DNA of 64,000 nt from Octopus sinensis. Taxonomy: Eukaryota. Where the stretch lies: assembly GCF_006345805.1 (NCBI RefSeq), contig NC_043012.1, positions 10,850,001-10,914,000 of the forward strand, read 5' to 3'. Of this stretch, positions 55,283-64,000 are shown one piece after another. Made by a program: the position numbers and the translations under genes. The notes under the pieces are model-generated. The model was not told the DNA's origin, searched no databases, and saw only the letters and a program-made list of their open reading frames with translations. The first letter of the stretch is position 1. The number at the start of each line of letters is the position of its first letter.

Positions 55283-55781
55283 CACACGACAGGCTTCTTT
55301 CAGTTTCTGTCTACCAAATCCACTCATAAGGCTTTGGTCGGCCCAAGTCTATAGTAGAAGACACTTGCCCAAGGTGCCACACATGCTTCTTACCACACAG
55401 CCATGCTTGCACCTATTTATTAACATTTTAAAAAAATTAATCATGTAGTATCTTGCAGCTTCAAGATTTTCAAGATGTGATTATTTTTAGAATGACATTG
55501 TAGAGTAGGTGTGAGGTGCTGGATCTGACCAGTTTGAACATAAAACAGAATATTTGGGCCAGTTTAAATGCTAAAGGGTTAAGGGTTTAGTGGTTTTTCT
55601 TTTCTAACAAAAGAGATAAGATCATTGTCCATAAAAAGTGCAAACTTCCTTGGCATGAGGAAGGGCATCCACCATAGAAACCAAGCCTCAACAGACAGCT
55701 GGAGTCTGGATAGTTCCAGTTAGCAAACTCCATGTCAAAACTGTCCAACCCATGCCAGTATGGAACGTGCATGTTAAACGA

Positions 55782-55829
<48 letters not shown>

Positions 55830-56028
55830 CATCAAAATTTAGATTCAGATGACTATGGTACTTAAGTCAAAGGCACCAGAATTTTGTATGGTATTATCCA
55901 TATAAATCCATGGGGTGATTGGTCGACATTTTAAAACTGATGTAATGCTTACAGTGTTTAATAAAATGAAGTAGCATGAAACGATCGTACCACATTACCT
56001 CAGATATACTTGTTGCTTATTTTGATTG

Positions 56029-56071
<43 letters not shown>

Positions 56072-59000
56072 TAGATAGATAGATACTAGTACTTATATGT
56101 ATATATGTGCATGCATGTGTGTGTGTGTATATATATATAAACACACACTTATATGCACACATATTTGCATATACTCACCGGTCACCGTCTTTGGCAGCAT
56201 TATCAAAATCTCGTAATAACTGCAGTCTTTTTATTAAACAGTTAAAATCTTTGGTGCTCTGCTCCAACATCATGATCACTTCCTGGAAAATAGAGAAAAT
56301 AATAATAATAATGATAATATTAACGGTTTCAAATTTTTGCACTGGGCCAACGATTGTATTGACCTCAGGGCGCAACTGCTATTTTATTTTATCAAACTTG
56401 TAAGGACAAAAGGCAAAGTTGACAATGGTCGAGTTTGAACTCAGAATGTAGAAATAGAAAAAAATACTGCAAAACATTTTGTCGAAAATGCTAATAAGTC
56501 TACCAGTATACCAGCTTAATAACAATAAGAATTCTTTCTCCTATAGGCACAAGGCCTGAAATTTGGAGGGAGGGGCTCATTAATCACATCGACCCCAGTG
56601 TTCAACTGGTACTTCAAGGACACCCCATCTCCACCAGTTCACCCACCAAAAGAATGATGAAAGGCAAAACTGGGTTGACAGAATTTGAACTCAGAACATA
56701 GGGAGCCAAACCCAGGGCATTTTTACCAGTGCTCTAACAATTCCGCCAATCTCCCACCCACAATAATTGTTTCTCATATCATCACATGACCTGAATACTT
56801 GACTGGTACTTTTACTTTATCAACTCCAAAATGTTAAACAACAAAAAATTGACCTCAACAAGGTTTGAACTCACAATGCAAAGAGCCAGAACAATATCGC
56901 AAGGCATTTCATGTGATGCTCTTATGATTCATTAAATCTAAATTAATAGAGAATCAATGATGGATTATCACTGATTCTGTTATGATGCTTCATATCCAGG
57001 TATGTCTAATGTAAACAACAATGCAAGTGAAGATGAAAGATGGATAATGGGTGTATATGCCACATTCCAGGAGTCTTTGCTCCTTCATCAACACCCATCG
57101 AACCCATCAACCATCCACAAACTCATTGCTTAAACAGTCGCTAAATATAGCAGTGGTAACATTATTAGACATACTAAGTTTACATATTAAACACATTCCT
57201 GTTAGTTGGTACATACATATTAATGACTTGTAGAAACACCGTGTTTTGTTATGCAATCATAACATACTACAAAGTATATTAAACGTTTTTATAAGTCAAT
57301 ATTGTGTTCTACTGTGTTAGCAGTGCTATTACATCACTTGTTAAGGTTACCTCTACAGGTTTCCTACAGAAATTATAGCCGGCATTGATTTGTTACGTTT
57401 CTTATCCGAGTATTGTATTTTGATGGTTAATGTTTATAAATTCAACCCTTCAGCATTCAGATTACTTTGTCAAATGTGATGCATATGCATTCACATTGCT
57501 TTGAATTAATCATGCATTAGCATGTGGATTCAAGCACTTGTGCCCCGTGCTAGTAGGGTGCTAAGAGCACCATCCGAGCGTGATCGTTGCCAGAGTGGCT
57601 AACTGGCTTCCATACCGATGGCATGTAAGAGGCACCATTCGAGCTGGATCGTTACCAGCATCGCCTTACTGGCACCTGTGCCGTTGGCATGTGTAAAAAT
57701 ATTCGAGCGAGGTCGTTGCCAGTACCGCCTAACTGGCCCCCGTGCCGGTGGCACATAAAAGCACCCACTACACTCTCGGAGTGGTTGGCGTTAGGAAGGG
57801 CATCCAGCTGTAGAAACACTGCCAGATCAGATTGGAGCCTGGTGCAGCCATCTGGTTCGCCAGCCCTCAATCAAACCATCCAACCCATGCTAGCATGGAA
57901 AGCGGACGTTAAACGATGATGATGATGATTTTGCCAGTCATCTCAGCCACTGGCAAACAAAGAGGACAGGAGACAGAAGAATTACATGACTTACCTTGCA
58001 TTCTACAACACTTTCATCTTGTTCACAAGTTTCATAAATAGCGTCGACAGCACGCTGAAGATTGTCAAATAGAAATGCCCAATAGCGGGCCCTCACATCA
58101 GCTCTCTTGTTACTACTGTCAGATTTTGGTGACTTAGTTAAATCCTGGAAGCACTTGAGGGTGGAAATACCACTGCCACACATCATCTTGTCTTTGGCTG
58201 AAACCGACACAGACCGCAGCTTGGAACTCATTCTCCATTGTCGTGTCACTGCTCTGCCTGGGAAACACACAAAGGGACCAAAAGATAATTCTTGACACCC
58301 CTATCATCAACAAGAAGGCAACTCAAACCAACAAAGGAGCCTCTATGTAGTTATTCCACTGGCTAGAAATAGTAGCTTTAAATGTTTATTCAATGACTTG
58401 GTAATTAAGAATGTGGCAAACGCCAGGGTGTACCCTTGAGGTATGGAGGTCATAATATAAGTGGCAGGGCATTGCCAAAAAAAGTATGAGTAGAGAGTCG
58501 GGGAGGGGAATGTAGTGAGTGGTGAAAACCTGGGTATATAATGGGGGGGTCGGCTACTGGATAGCAATGATACAGTGGACAGGGCCATGAGGACAGAACT
58601 GGGGAGTGAGAGATAAGTATAGTGCACCAAAGAGATGTGAGGAAGAGAAGAGATGTAGCTTGGTTTGTTGGGGTAGGGTGTATGAAGTTTTCTTGTTACA
58701 TATGGGTGGAACACAATCTCGGTCCATTGTCATTATTCTTAGTAATAACATTACGATAAAAGTATTGGATGTAATTAAAATAATATATGCCTCATGATAA
58801 AATCTGGACAATATTGATTTCTTACACAAACACAACAAGATATTGATCTATACTAAATAAATCATCTATCAGCGGTGGTGCCCCAGCATGGCCGCGGCCT
58901 TCGGGCTAAAACATTTTTAAGGATTTAAGGGTTTAAGGATTTATCAGGTAAAGAATTGCTGTTGCTGTCTAGTCCCAGGTCAATCTTGATTGAATAAATC

Positions 59001-59555
59001 AAGTAAAACAATTATCAAAAGCAGTCCACCAACGGCCACCCCTTTTTAAGGAGGGGCTGTGAAGCACTACATTATCCACTGAATCCTTGGTTTTAGTTGC
59101 ACCAATATTGGAGACCCTAGAAATGGTCGTCAATGTCTGTTCTTTATCTCCTGATTACGCTATAGAAGAGTCAGATTTGAGAGAGGTTTTGTTATTATTT
59201 CTAGCAAGCTATGTAACCACTTACAGTCTCCACCATTATTTTCACTAATCAAACGTTTCTCTAAATTAGCCAACATCCTCCACTCAATATATTCATAAAG
59301 AATTCATTTTGGTTTCCTCAGTTCTACATAAATTCCTGATCTTAAGAAACCATTCAAGCAGACATTGGAGGAGGAGGAGGATGACAATTACACAAAACAA
59401 AACTTCAAAGGAAAAGAATTGGTAAACTTACTGCTTCTTTCACTGATAGGCCTCTCTTGGAGTGGTAAATTGTACTGCACAAGATTCCTGGCTGTCCGTC
59501 CTTCCTCTTGAACAATTCTTCTAACACGGTCAAGGCCACTCATTCTTGTAAAAGG
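10994..59555 (-). CDS. SCAPER: SCAPER orthologue, spliced and partial (23 exons in window; N-terminal start exon and C-terminal exons not found)
   Basis: Translated exons match recalled vertebrate SCAPER motifs in order: [84 protein letters not shown], a C2H2 finger, [25 protein letters not shown]. All junctions are GT-AG with consistent phases. Confidence 0.96.
12496..12619 (-). CDS. SCAPER: SCAPER exon 22 ([41 protein letters not shown])
   Basis: ttttcag acceptor, gtaagt donor, 124 nt, phase 2 to 0. Confidence 0.95.
12862..13266. mobile_element. 405-bp MITE with about 30-bp TIRs and 8-bp TSD (Merlin-like)
   Basis: Left TIR ggatcttttcggtttgaccggcagtttttt, right TIR aaaaaactgccgttcaaaccgaaaagatcc; TSD taaatatc at 12854-12861 and 13267-13274. 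Confidence 0.85.
14058..14450 (-). mobile_element. SINE family A, full-length copy
   Basis: Reverse complement of the family A sequence. Confidence 0.85.
14965..15077 (-). CDS. SCAPER: SCAPER exon 21 ([22 protein letters not shown]...VIPLK)
   Basis: tttcag acceptor, gtaggt donor, 113 nt, phase 0 to 2. Confidence 0.92.
16150..16340 (-). mobile_element. Decayed LINE 3' remnant
   Basis: The minus strand reads like [16 protein letters not shown] (an SFFPRT..WN-type motif), frameshifted. Confidence 0.5.
17464..17590 (-). CDS. SCAPER: SCAPER exon 20 ([42 protein letters not shown])
   Basis: tttccag acceptor, gtaccg donor, 127 nt, phase 2 to 0. Confidence 0.94.
17969..18034 (-). CDS. SCAPER: SCAPER exon 19 ([22 protein letters not shown])
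   Basis: ccacag acceptor, gtaagg donor, 66 nt, phase 2 to 2. Confidence 0.92.
18600..18730 (-). CDS. SCAPER: SCAPER exon 18 ([12 protein letters not shown]...[20 protein letters not shown])
   Basis: cctgcag acceptor, gttagt donor, 131 nt, phase 0 to 2. Confidence 0.93.
19491..19592 (-). CDS. SCAPER: SCAPER exon 17 ([18 protein letters not shown]...KQDI), second half of C2H2 finger
   Basis: tttcag acceptor, gtaagt donor, 102 nt. Confidence 0.95.
20220..20378 (-). CDS. SCAPER: SCAPER exon 16 (QDESTQRH...[19 protein letters not shown]), first half of C2H2 finger
   Basis: cctacag acceptor, gtaagt donor, 159 nt. Confidence 0.95.
23176..23257 (-). CDS. SCAPER: SCAPER exon 15 ([27 protein letters not shown])
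   Basis: ttttcag acceptor, gtgagt donor, 82 nt, phase 2 to 0. Confidence 0.95.
24143..24285 (-). CDS. SCAPER: SCAPER exon 14 ([22 protein letters not shown]...RAKER)
   Basis: ttgacag acceptor, gtgagt donor, 143 nt, phase 0 to 2. Confidence 0.94.
24989..25042 (-). CDS. SCAPER: SCAPER exon 13 ([18 protein letters not shown])
   Basis: tttgtag acceptor, gtaagt donor, 54 nt. Confidence 0.93.
25735..26257 (-). repeat. Interspersed repeat family F (about 520 bp, unclassified, flanked by (AAT)n)
   Basis: Its reverse complement matches 60903-61420 along the whole length. Confidence 0.8.
28569..29148 (+). mobile_element. CR1-like LINE, 5'-truncated 3' end (decayed ORF2 C-terminus and (ATT)n tail)
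   Basis: Translates ...[18 protein letters not shown]...[19 protein letters not shown], typical of the CR1/L2 post-RT region. Confidence 0.82.
29625..29820. repeat. Interrupted (AAT)n microsatellite
   Basis: Visible directly; source of the poly-Ile and poly-Leu ORFs. Confidence 0.95.
30134..30235 (-). CDS. SCAPER: SCAPER exon 12 ([34 protein letters not shown])
   Basis: ttccag acceptor, gtaggt donor, 102 nt, phase 0 to 0. Confidence 0.95.
30850..31135. repeat. Degenerate minisatellite with a unit of about 57 bp
   Basis: cctcttctacaataccca...cacagaca...gtcctctccttgtctc at about 30860 and 30917, with decayed units following. Confidence 0.65.
34510..35165 (+). mobile_element. CR1-like LINE 3' end, second copy
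   Basis: Highly similar to 28569-29148 and extends slightly further 5' ([16 protein letters not shown]). Confidence 0.82.
37583..37997 (-). mobile_element. SINE family B dimer flanked by a TSD
   Basis: Full monomer plus a headless second monomer; tttgagtacc on both sides (37573-37582 and 37999-38008). Confidence 0.82.
39433..39797 (+). mobile_element. SINE family A, full-length copy
   Basis: Same head, body and tail as 4815-5217. Confidence 0.85.
40994..41214. mobile_element. hAT-type MITE, about 220 bp, old
   Basis: cagtgattttcaacc ... gttgagatccacta; shares the tatggacc and ggaccctcatag motifs with 50468-51382. Confidence 0.65.
42096..42236 (-). CDS. SCAPER: SCAPER exon 11 ([16 protein letters not shown]...AHDEEAK)
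   Basis: ttgccag acceptor, gtgaat donor, 141 nt, phase 0 to 0. Confidence 0.94.
43031..43417 (-). mobile_element. SINE family A copy
   Basis: Reverse complement of the family A sequence. Confidence 0.83.
43648..43759 (-). CDS. SCAPER: SCAPER exon 10 ([37 protein letters not shown])
   Basis: aattag acceptor, gtatga donor, 112 nt, phase 2 to 0; coiled coil. Confidence 0.94.
44393..44507 (-). CDS. SCAPER: SCAPER exon 9 ([38 protein letters not shown])
   Basis: ctcatag acceptor, gtaagt donor, 115 nt, phase 1 to 2. Confidence 0.95.
44759..44801 (-). CDS. SCAPER: SCAPER exon 8, 43 nt ([14 protein letters not shown])
   Basis: tttcag acceptor, gtaagt donor; supplies the phase 0 to 1 bridge needed between exons 7 and 9. 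Confidence 0.85.
45116..45590 (+). mobile_element. Family C: RTE-like LINE 3' end or derived non-autonomous element with (GAT)n tail
   Basis: Ends gttaggaagggcatccagctgtagaaac...catgctagcatggaaag..gttaaacgatgatgatg. Other copies at about 14520-14803(+), 16958-17360(-), 36500-36700(+), 38098-38245(-), 41440-41725(+), 42345-42515(+), 46541-46895(+), 57560-57930(+), 63500-63865(-). The RTE assignment rests only on the short tandem 3' tail. Confidence 0.7.
45944..46172 (-). mobile_element. SINE family B copy
   Basis: Reverse complement closely matches 46905-47136. Confidence 0.87.
46905..47136 (+). mobile_element. SINE family B (ggcgagctggcag head, gcctttcatcctttcggggtcgataa core, aagaaatag end)
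   Basis: Many copies: about 15320-15425(-), 15960-16120(+), 18230-18565(-), 22290-22500(-), 23713-23942(+), 26310-26740(+), 37583-37997(-), 45944-46172(-), 54355-54583(-), 60470-60890(-), 61568-61800(-), 62080-62270(-). Confidence 0.87.
47588..47731 (-). CDS. SCAPER: SCAPER exon 7 ([34 protein letters not shown]...NEIE)
   Basis: tttgcag acceptor. The donor gttaaa is weak but is the one GT that gives phase 0 for the next exon. 144 nt. Confidence 0.85.
48422..49353 (-). CDS. SCAPER: SCAPER exon 6 ([14 protein letters not shown]... Asn/Ser/His-rich and acidic low-complexity region ...EKKAFA)
   Basis: tttccag acceptor, gtaagt donor, 932 nt, phase 1 to 0; lies within the 343-aa ORF 48389..49420. 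Confidence 0.93.
49473..49734 (+). mobile_element. tRNA-derived SINE family E with 13-bp TSD
   Basis: A box tggcttagtgg, B box ggtttcgattcc; TSD tatgatacagata at 49460-49472 and 49735-49747. A related older copy lies at about 16675-16940. Confidence 0.83.
50664..51189. mobile_element. Tc1/mariner-type MITE
   Basis: TIRs cagggtgaccaaaaagtaggtttatagtt and aactgtaaacctagttttgggccaccctg; TA on the left flank, TG on the right. Confidence 0.78.
50793..51089 (-). mobile_element. tRNA-derived SINE family D with 13-bp TSD
   Basis: Head tggaggcgcaatggcccagtggttag (A box) and ggtttcgattcc-like B box; TSD atttttatataat at 50780-50792 and 51090-51102. Related copies at about 19190-19393(-), 33110-33390(+), 35225-35520(+), 51928-52300(+). 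Confidence 0.85.
52909..53045 (-). CDS. SCAPER: SCAPER exon 5 ([17 protein letters not shown]...)
   Basis: ataaag acceptor, gtaagt donor, 137 nt, phase 2 to 1; SWADRVK motif. Confidence 0.9.
54693..54836 (-). CDS. SCAPER: SCAPER exon 4 ([15 protein letters not shown]...AQRVLNFG), contains RxL motif
   Basis: tttccag acceptor, gtgagt donor, 144 nt, phase 2 to 2. Confidence 0.94.
56179..56282 (-). CDS. SCAPER: SCAPER exon 3 ([35 protein letters not shown])
   Basis: ttccag acceptor, gtgagt donor, 104 nt, phase 0 to 2. Confidence 0.94.
57560..57930 (+). mobile_element. Family C copy with internal tandem ggcac(g/a)taaaaagcacc modules
   Basis: Same 3' end and (GAT)n tail. Confidence 0.78.
57995..58257 (-). 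CDS. SCAPER: SCAPER exon 2 (SCAPER_N region, ...[36 protein letters not shown])
   Basis: ttcccag acceptor, gtaagt donor, 263 nt, phase 1 to 0; lies within ORF 57938..58270. Confidence 0.95.
59432..59555 (-). CDS. SCAPER: SCAPER exon 1 in window ([32 protein letters not shown]...)
   Basis: Acceptor ttgcag, donor gtaagt, 124 nt, ends in phase 1. An in-frame ATG lies at 59543. Confidence 0.92.
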
Positions 59556-59582
59556 CTGCAATAACAAACAACAATGATGATG

Positions 59583-59618
<36 letters not shown>

Positions 59619-60902
59619 GTCTCAAATTTTACCACAAGGGCAGCCATTTTGGGGGAGGGGATAATAATAATAATAATAATAAAATAATAATAATAGTTTC
59701 TTTTGTTTGTTACAGGGGCATCAGATGCAGTTTAATTACAAAGACAGATTACAGTAGAGTATGGAGAATTTATATAAAATTGGTTGAAGGAAAACAGGAG
59801 AGGAGAAACGATATGACATGTATGCACATAATATACAACCTATGTGAATACGGGGATGCTGCTGTCTTCCTGATATAAGACAGTGTCCAACTAGGACTAA
59901 TCAAGGAACCCTGGAGATCCAAAAACCACCCCAACCACACATGGGCACAAGCACTCTAATGCCCAGGGCACACAGAGTGGTTCAATTTAACCAAACCATT
60001 TTGATCTCAGTGACCAATCTTTTGATAAATTTGCTGGGAGAGAGTACTTCCCCTCTCCATTCTCATTTTCCTTTCCAAGAGGAAACTTAAAAAGCTAATG
60101 AGAGCTTGACTGAAGAGGAAGCTGCCTGTCCTCAAGACTTTCAACCACATCCACCACACAAACCCTGTCCACAGCCTCATTTACCATAGCCACTAATCAG
60201 AGGAAAATTGGCCTAAATAAAAGAGGGTAGTGAAACTATCTTTATGATGGAGACAAGAGCTGGATCTGACCTACATGAGGAAAAATGATGCTTGACATAA
60301 CTCCACTAGTTAATACAGGAATCATGGAGTTATGTAGCATAGAGCAAGAAATATCAGGGCAGATAACTTTCCATCATCTCAACACCCATAAGTAACTGAC
60401 TGATGCTACATCTTATCAAACCTGAAAGGATCAGAGGCAAAGATAACATCAGTATAATAATAATTATATTTTCTACTATAGGAACAAGGCCTGAAATTTG
60501 TGAGGAAGGTGGGGGCAGTGGATTACATCAACCCCAGGAATCAACTGGTACTTAGTTTACTGACCCCCGAAAGGATGAAATGCAAAGTCGACCTCAGCAG
60601 AATCCGAGCTCAGAATGTAGCAATGGGTGAAGTACCGTTAAGCATTTCATCCAGTGTGCCACCAATTCTGTCAGGTTGCCACCTTAATAATAATAATGAT
60701 GATGATTTCAAATTTTTGCCACAATGGCAGCTTGGGAGAGGGGATTAAGTCGATTACATTGACCCCCAGCATGTAACTGGTACTTATTTAATCAACCCCA
60801 AAAGGATAAAAGGCAAAGTCGACCTTGGTGGGATTTGAACTCAGAATGTAGCTAAGCATTTCATCTGGCATGCTAACAATTCTATCACCTTAATAATAAT
60901 AA

Positions 60903-61420
60903 TAAATGCCCTGATGCAATACCAGGCACTGGCTCTCATGGCTTCTGATCTTAACTGATTGGAAGTGTTATCATGTACATTGTTTTGTTTTGGTATAAAA
61001 GATGGGCTACAACAAATATTCTGTTCAATACTACAGGCTTGCTTGTCAGGTGCTTGACCATAACCAGTTGAGCATGTCCCTTAGCACTTGACAATATGTG
61101 CATCTTTGATCATGAGCAGGAGTAGTGGGGGAGTATCATAGGCATGTGTTGAGAATTCTTTGGGGTTTGAATAATTCACCCCAGGAAACATGGATCCTTG
61201 AACAAGCTTTATTTTTGAGCAGGATGGGCTACTTGACCAGAAGAAAATTCTAATTGGGACCCACTTGCAAAGTTATGCATGGTTTTTCTTGATACGAGAT
61301 CACCATGTCATGCACATATGGTTGTGATGCATGTGCCTGATGAACCCTTATCAGACGGGTAGTCATGATGGGTATATTGGGCTTTGTGCATTTGTACCCC
61401 AGTGTCACTTTGATGATATG
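60903..61420 (+). repeat. Interspersed repeat family F, second copy
   Basis: aataaatgccctgatgc..taccaggca..ggctctc through cccttatcagacgggt; inverted relative to 25735-26257. Confidence 0.8.
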
Positions 61421-61567
61421 CATTACTCTTCTCACTCAATAATAATAATAATATTAATACCCTGGTAACAACAGGATCAAAGAGAAAGAAGAAAAAAGGT
61501 CAACAACCACAACAATTTGAGGTGGGAAATACGAAAGCTGTGGTCAATGAGGAGAGTAGACATGATA

Positions 61568-61800
61568 CCTAATTCTTTACTACCCACAAGGGGCTACACA
61601 CAGAGGAAAAAAACAAGGACAGACAAACGGATTAAGTCGATTATATTGACCCCAGTCCGTAACTGGTACATATTTAATCGACCCCGAAAGGATGAAAAGC
61701 AAAGTCGACCTCAGCGGAATTTGAACTCAGAATGTAACGGCAGACGAAATACGGCTACGCATTTCGCCCGGCATGCTAACGTTTCTGCCAGCTCACCACC
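61568..61800 (-). mobile_element. SINE family B copy
   Basis: Same sequence as 45944-46172. Confidence 0.85.
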
Positions 61801-62661
61801 TAAAATAGACATGATACCAATGGCAACTGGCACACTTGAAAGTATCAGCAATCAAGTACCAAAATGGCTCAAAAAGATTGGTACTAGTGTAAAGATAGAA
61901 CACCTACAAAAATCCTCATTGCTTGGAACTGCAAGAGTTCTTTCTCCACAGGGTTCTTGAAGCATAATTAGTAAACAAGTGTCACCTTAGTCTGCTGGCT
62001 GTGGACGGCTGACCCTTTCCATCAGACCTGGCAAAATAAGCTGTGAGTTTTCATCAAAATAATAATAATGGTTTCAAATTCTAGCACAAGGACAGCAAGT
62101 TCAGGGGGAGGGGTTAAGTTGGTTACATCAACCCCAGTCCTCAACTGGTACTTAATCCATCGACCTCGAAAGGACGAAGAGCAAAGTCGACCTCAGCAAC
62201 ATTTGAACTCAGAACATAAAGACAAGTGAAATGTCACTAAGCCTGCTAACGATTCTGCCAGCTCACCATGGTTCCATTGACCAGTCTCTGCCACACTTCC
62301 CTAACTGCCGTCATCTCAGCGACACAGTCTTTCCCAAGGTTTTACCTTCAACAAGCAATTGTTGCATATATATATCCAACAACGTCTGTCTCTTTGTTTA
62401 CTATGGACTGGTTCCACAGTAATCAATTACATACAACAGCTGTCAAGTGGTAAGAGACAAACACAAAGACATACACACATAATGTGTGTGTGTGTGTACA
62501 TACGTAAGAAACATGTATAGAGAAAACTATGTCTTTATTACAGATCTCACCTTATAAAGTTGACAACTGTTTCTCTTGCATTAACATACACACACACATG
62601 TATATCTTTATATATAAAATACCATTAAAATTAATATCCTCAAAAATATGTTAATGTTATA

Positions 62662-62731
<70 letters not shown>

Positions 62732-63499
62732 CTAGGACACCGTTCATTAATCAGTGTGCATTCAAAGCAATGATTAGTAAATTCACGAAACCAGTATGCT
62801 TTTGAATCTCTTTAGCAATTCACAATAATGACTTTTATTCCGACATCAGTTCATCTAATTGTATATATCTTTCGTTACTTTTCATAAAAAGCTTTTACTT
62901 TTTTTGATTTCCAATCTGCATTTTCGATTATTTTTCTTCCTGCTTTCCCTTTACATTACCACATGTAGTTTCTATTTTCTTTTTGTAACATATTTCTATT
63001 TCGATATATATATATATATGTGCCTTCACAGAGTTCCTTTCTTCCAAATTCACAGGTCTATAATAGAAGACATCCTAGCCACCCTGTAGTGAGATTGAAC
63101 AAGAAACCATATGGTTGCAAAGCAAACTTCTTATCTACACACTCATATCTACAGCTAGGTTACAAAATTTAGTGTTTTTTGTTTTCCCATTGTGTGTGTC
63201 ACATGACAAATGACTAAGTTGTAACAGAACCAACCAACTTCTATCAGAATGGAATCACAAACATCTCAACCAGTTGGTTTCAGGTTTAGTCCCACTATTT
63301 GGCACCTTGGACAAGTATCTCTACCAAATCCACTCACCTAACTCTTTATAGTGAGATGGAAACTTGCTAGGAGCCAATTATGTATATATGTATATATGTG
63401 TGTGTATGTCTCCAAATCTTGGTACCAAGTGATGATTTTAGATGAACATCACTATCAAATAAGTCTACTTCATTACCCGTCTTCCATGGAAACATGCCA

Positions 63500-63865
63500 T
63501 CATCATCATCATCGTTTAACATCCGTTTTCCATGCTAGCATGGGTTGGATGGTTCGACTGGGGTCTGGGAAGCCAGGAGGTTGCACCAGGCTCCAGTCTG
63601 ATCTGGCAGTGTTTCTATAGCTGGATGCCCTTCCTAACGCCAACCACTCCAAGAGTGTAGTGGGTGCTTTTTATTTGCCATCGGCTGGCAGCGGCCACAA
63701 TCGGTTGGTGCTTTTTACATGCCAATGGCACAGAAGCCAGTCAAGGCGGCGCTGGCATCGGCCACATTCAGATGCTGCTTTTTACGTGCCACCAGCACAG
63801 GTATTACAACTACAATTTCCATTTGATATTTATTTTGATGTTGATGTACTCGACTCAATAGGTCT
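63500..63865 (-). mobile_element. Family C copy
   Basis: Begins catcatcatcgtttaac...ccatgctagcatgggttgga; closely matches 16958-17360. Confidence 0.78.
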
Positions 63866-64000
63866 CTGAAACAGGTGATGGTTGGTGACAGGGAGAGCAT
63901 CCAGCTGAAAAAAAATCTACCCCAATGAATTCTCTAGATCTATGCAAGCATGGGAAAGTGGACATTAAAACAATGAAGATGATGATAATGATAATGCAAT

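Overview
Eukaryotic, AT-rich, microsatellite- and SINE-dense DNA. The repeat families resemble those of octopus, which is an inference from recalled repeat sequences. One protein-coding gene spans almost the whole window on the minus strand: an orthologue of SCAPER (S-phase cyclin A-associated protein in the ER). I reconstructed 23 exons by hand from 59555 down to 10994. All have GT-AG boundaries and their phases chain without a break, giving about 1227 codons. The true start exon (right) and the C-terminal exons (left) were not found in the window. The introns hold several tRNA-like SINE families, RTE-like and CR1-like LINE ends, DNA-transposon MITEs (Merlin-like, hAT, Tc1/mariner, piggyBac-like) and a Penelope-like terminal repeat with a hammerhead-like motif. 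Almost all ORFs in the supplied track are microsatellite or repeat artefacts. I found no convincing novel multi-gene system; the findings are structural oddities of the gene and of its repeats. Repeat coordinates are approximate unless a target-site duplication (TSD) defines them.
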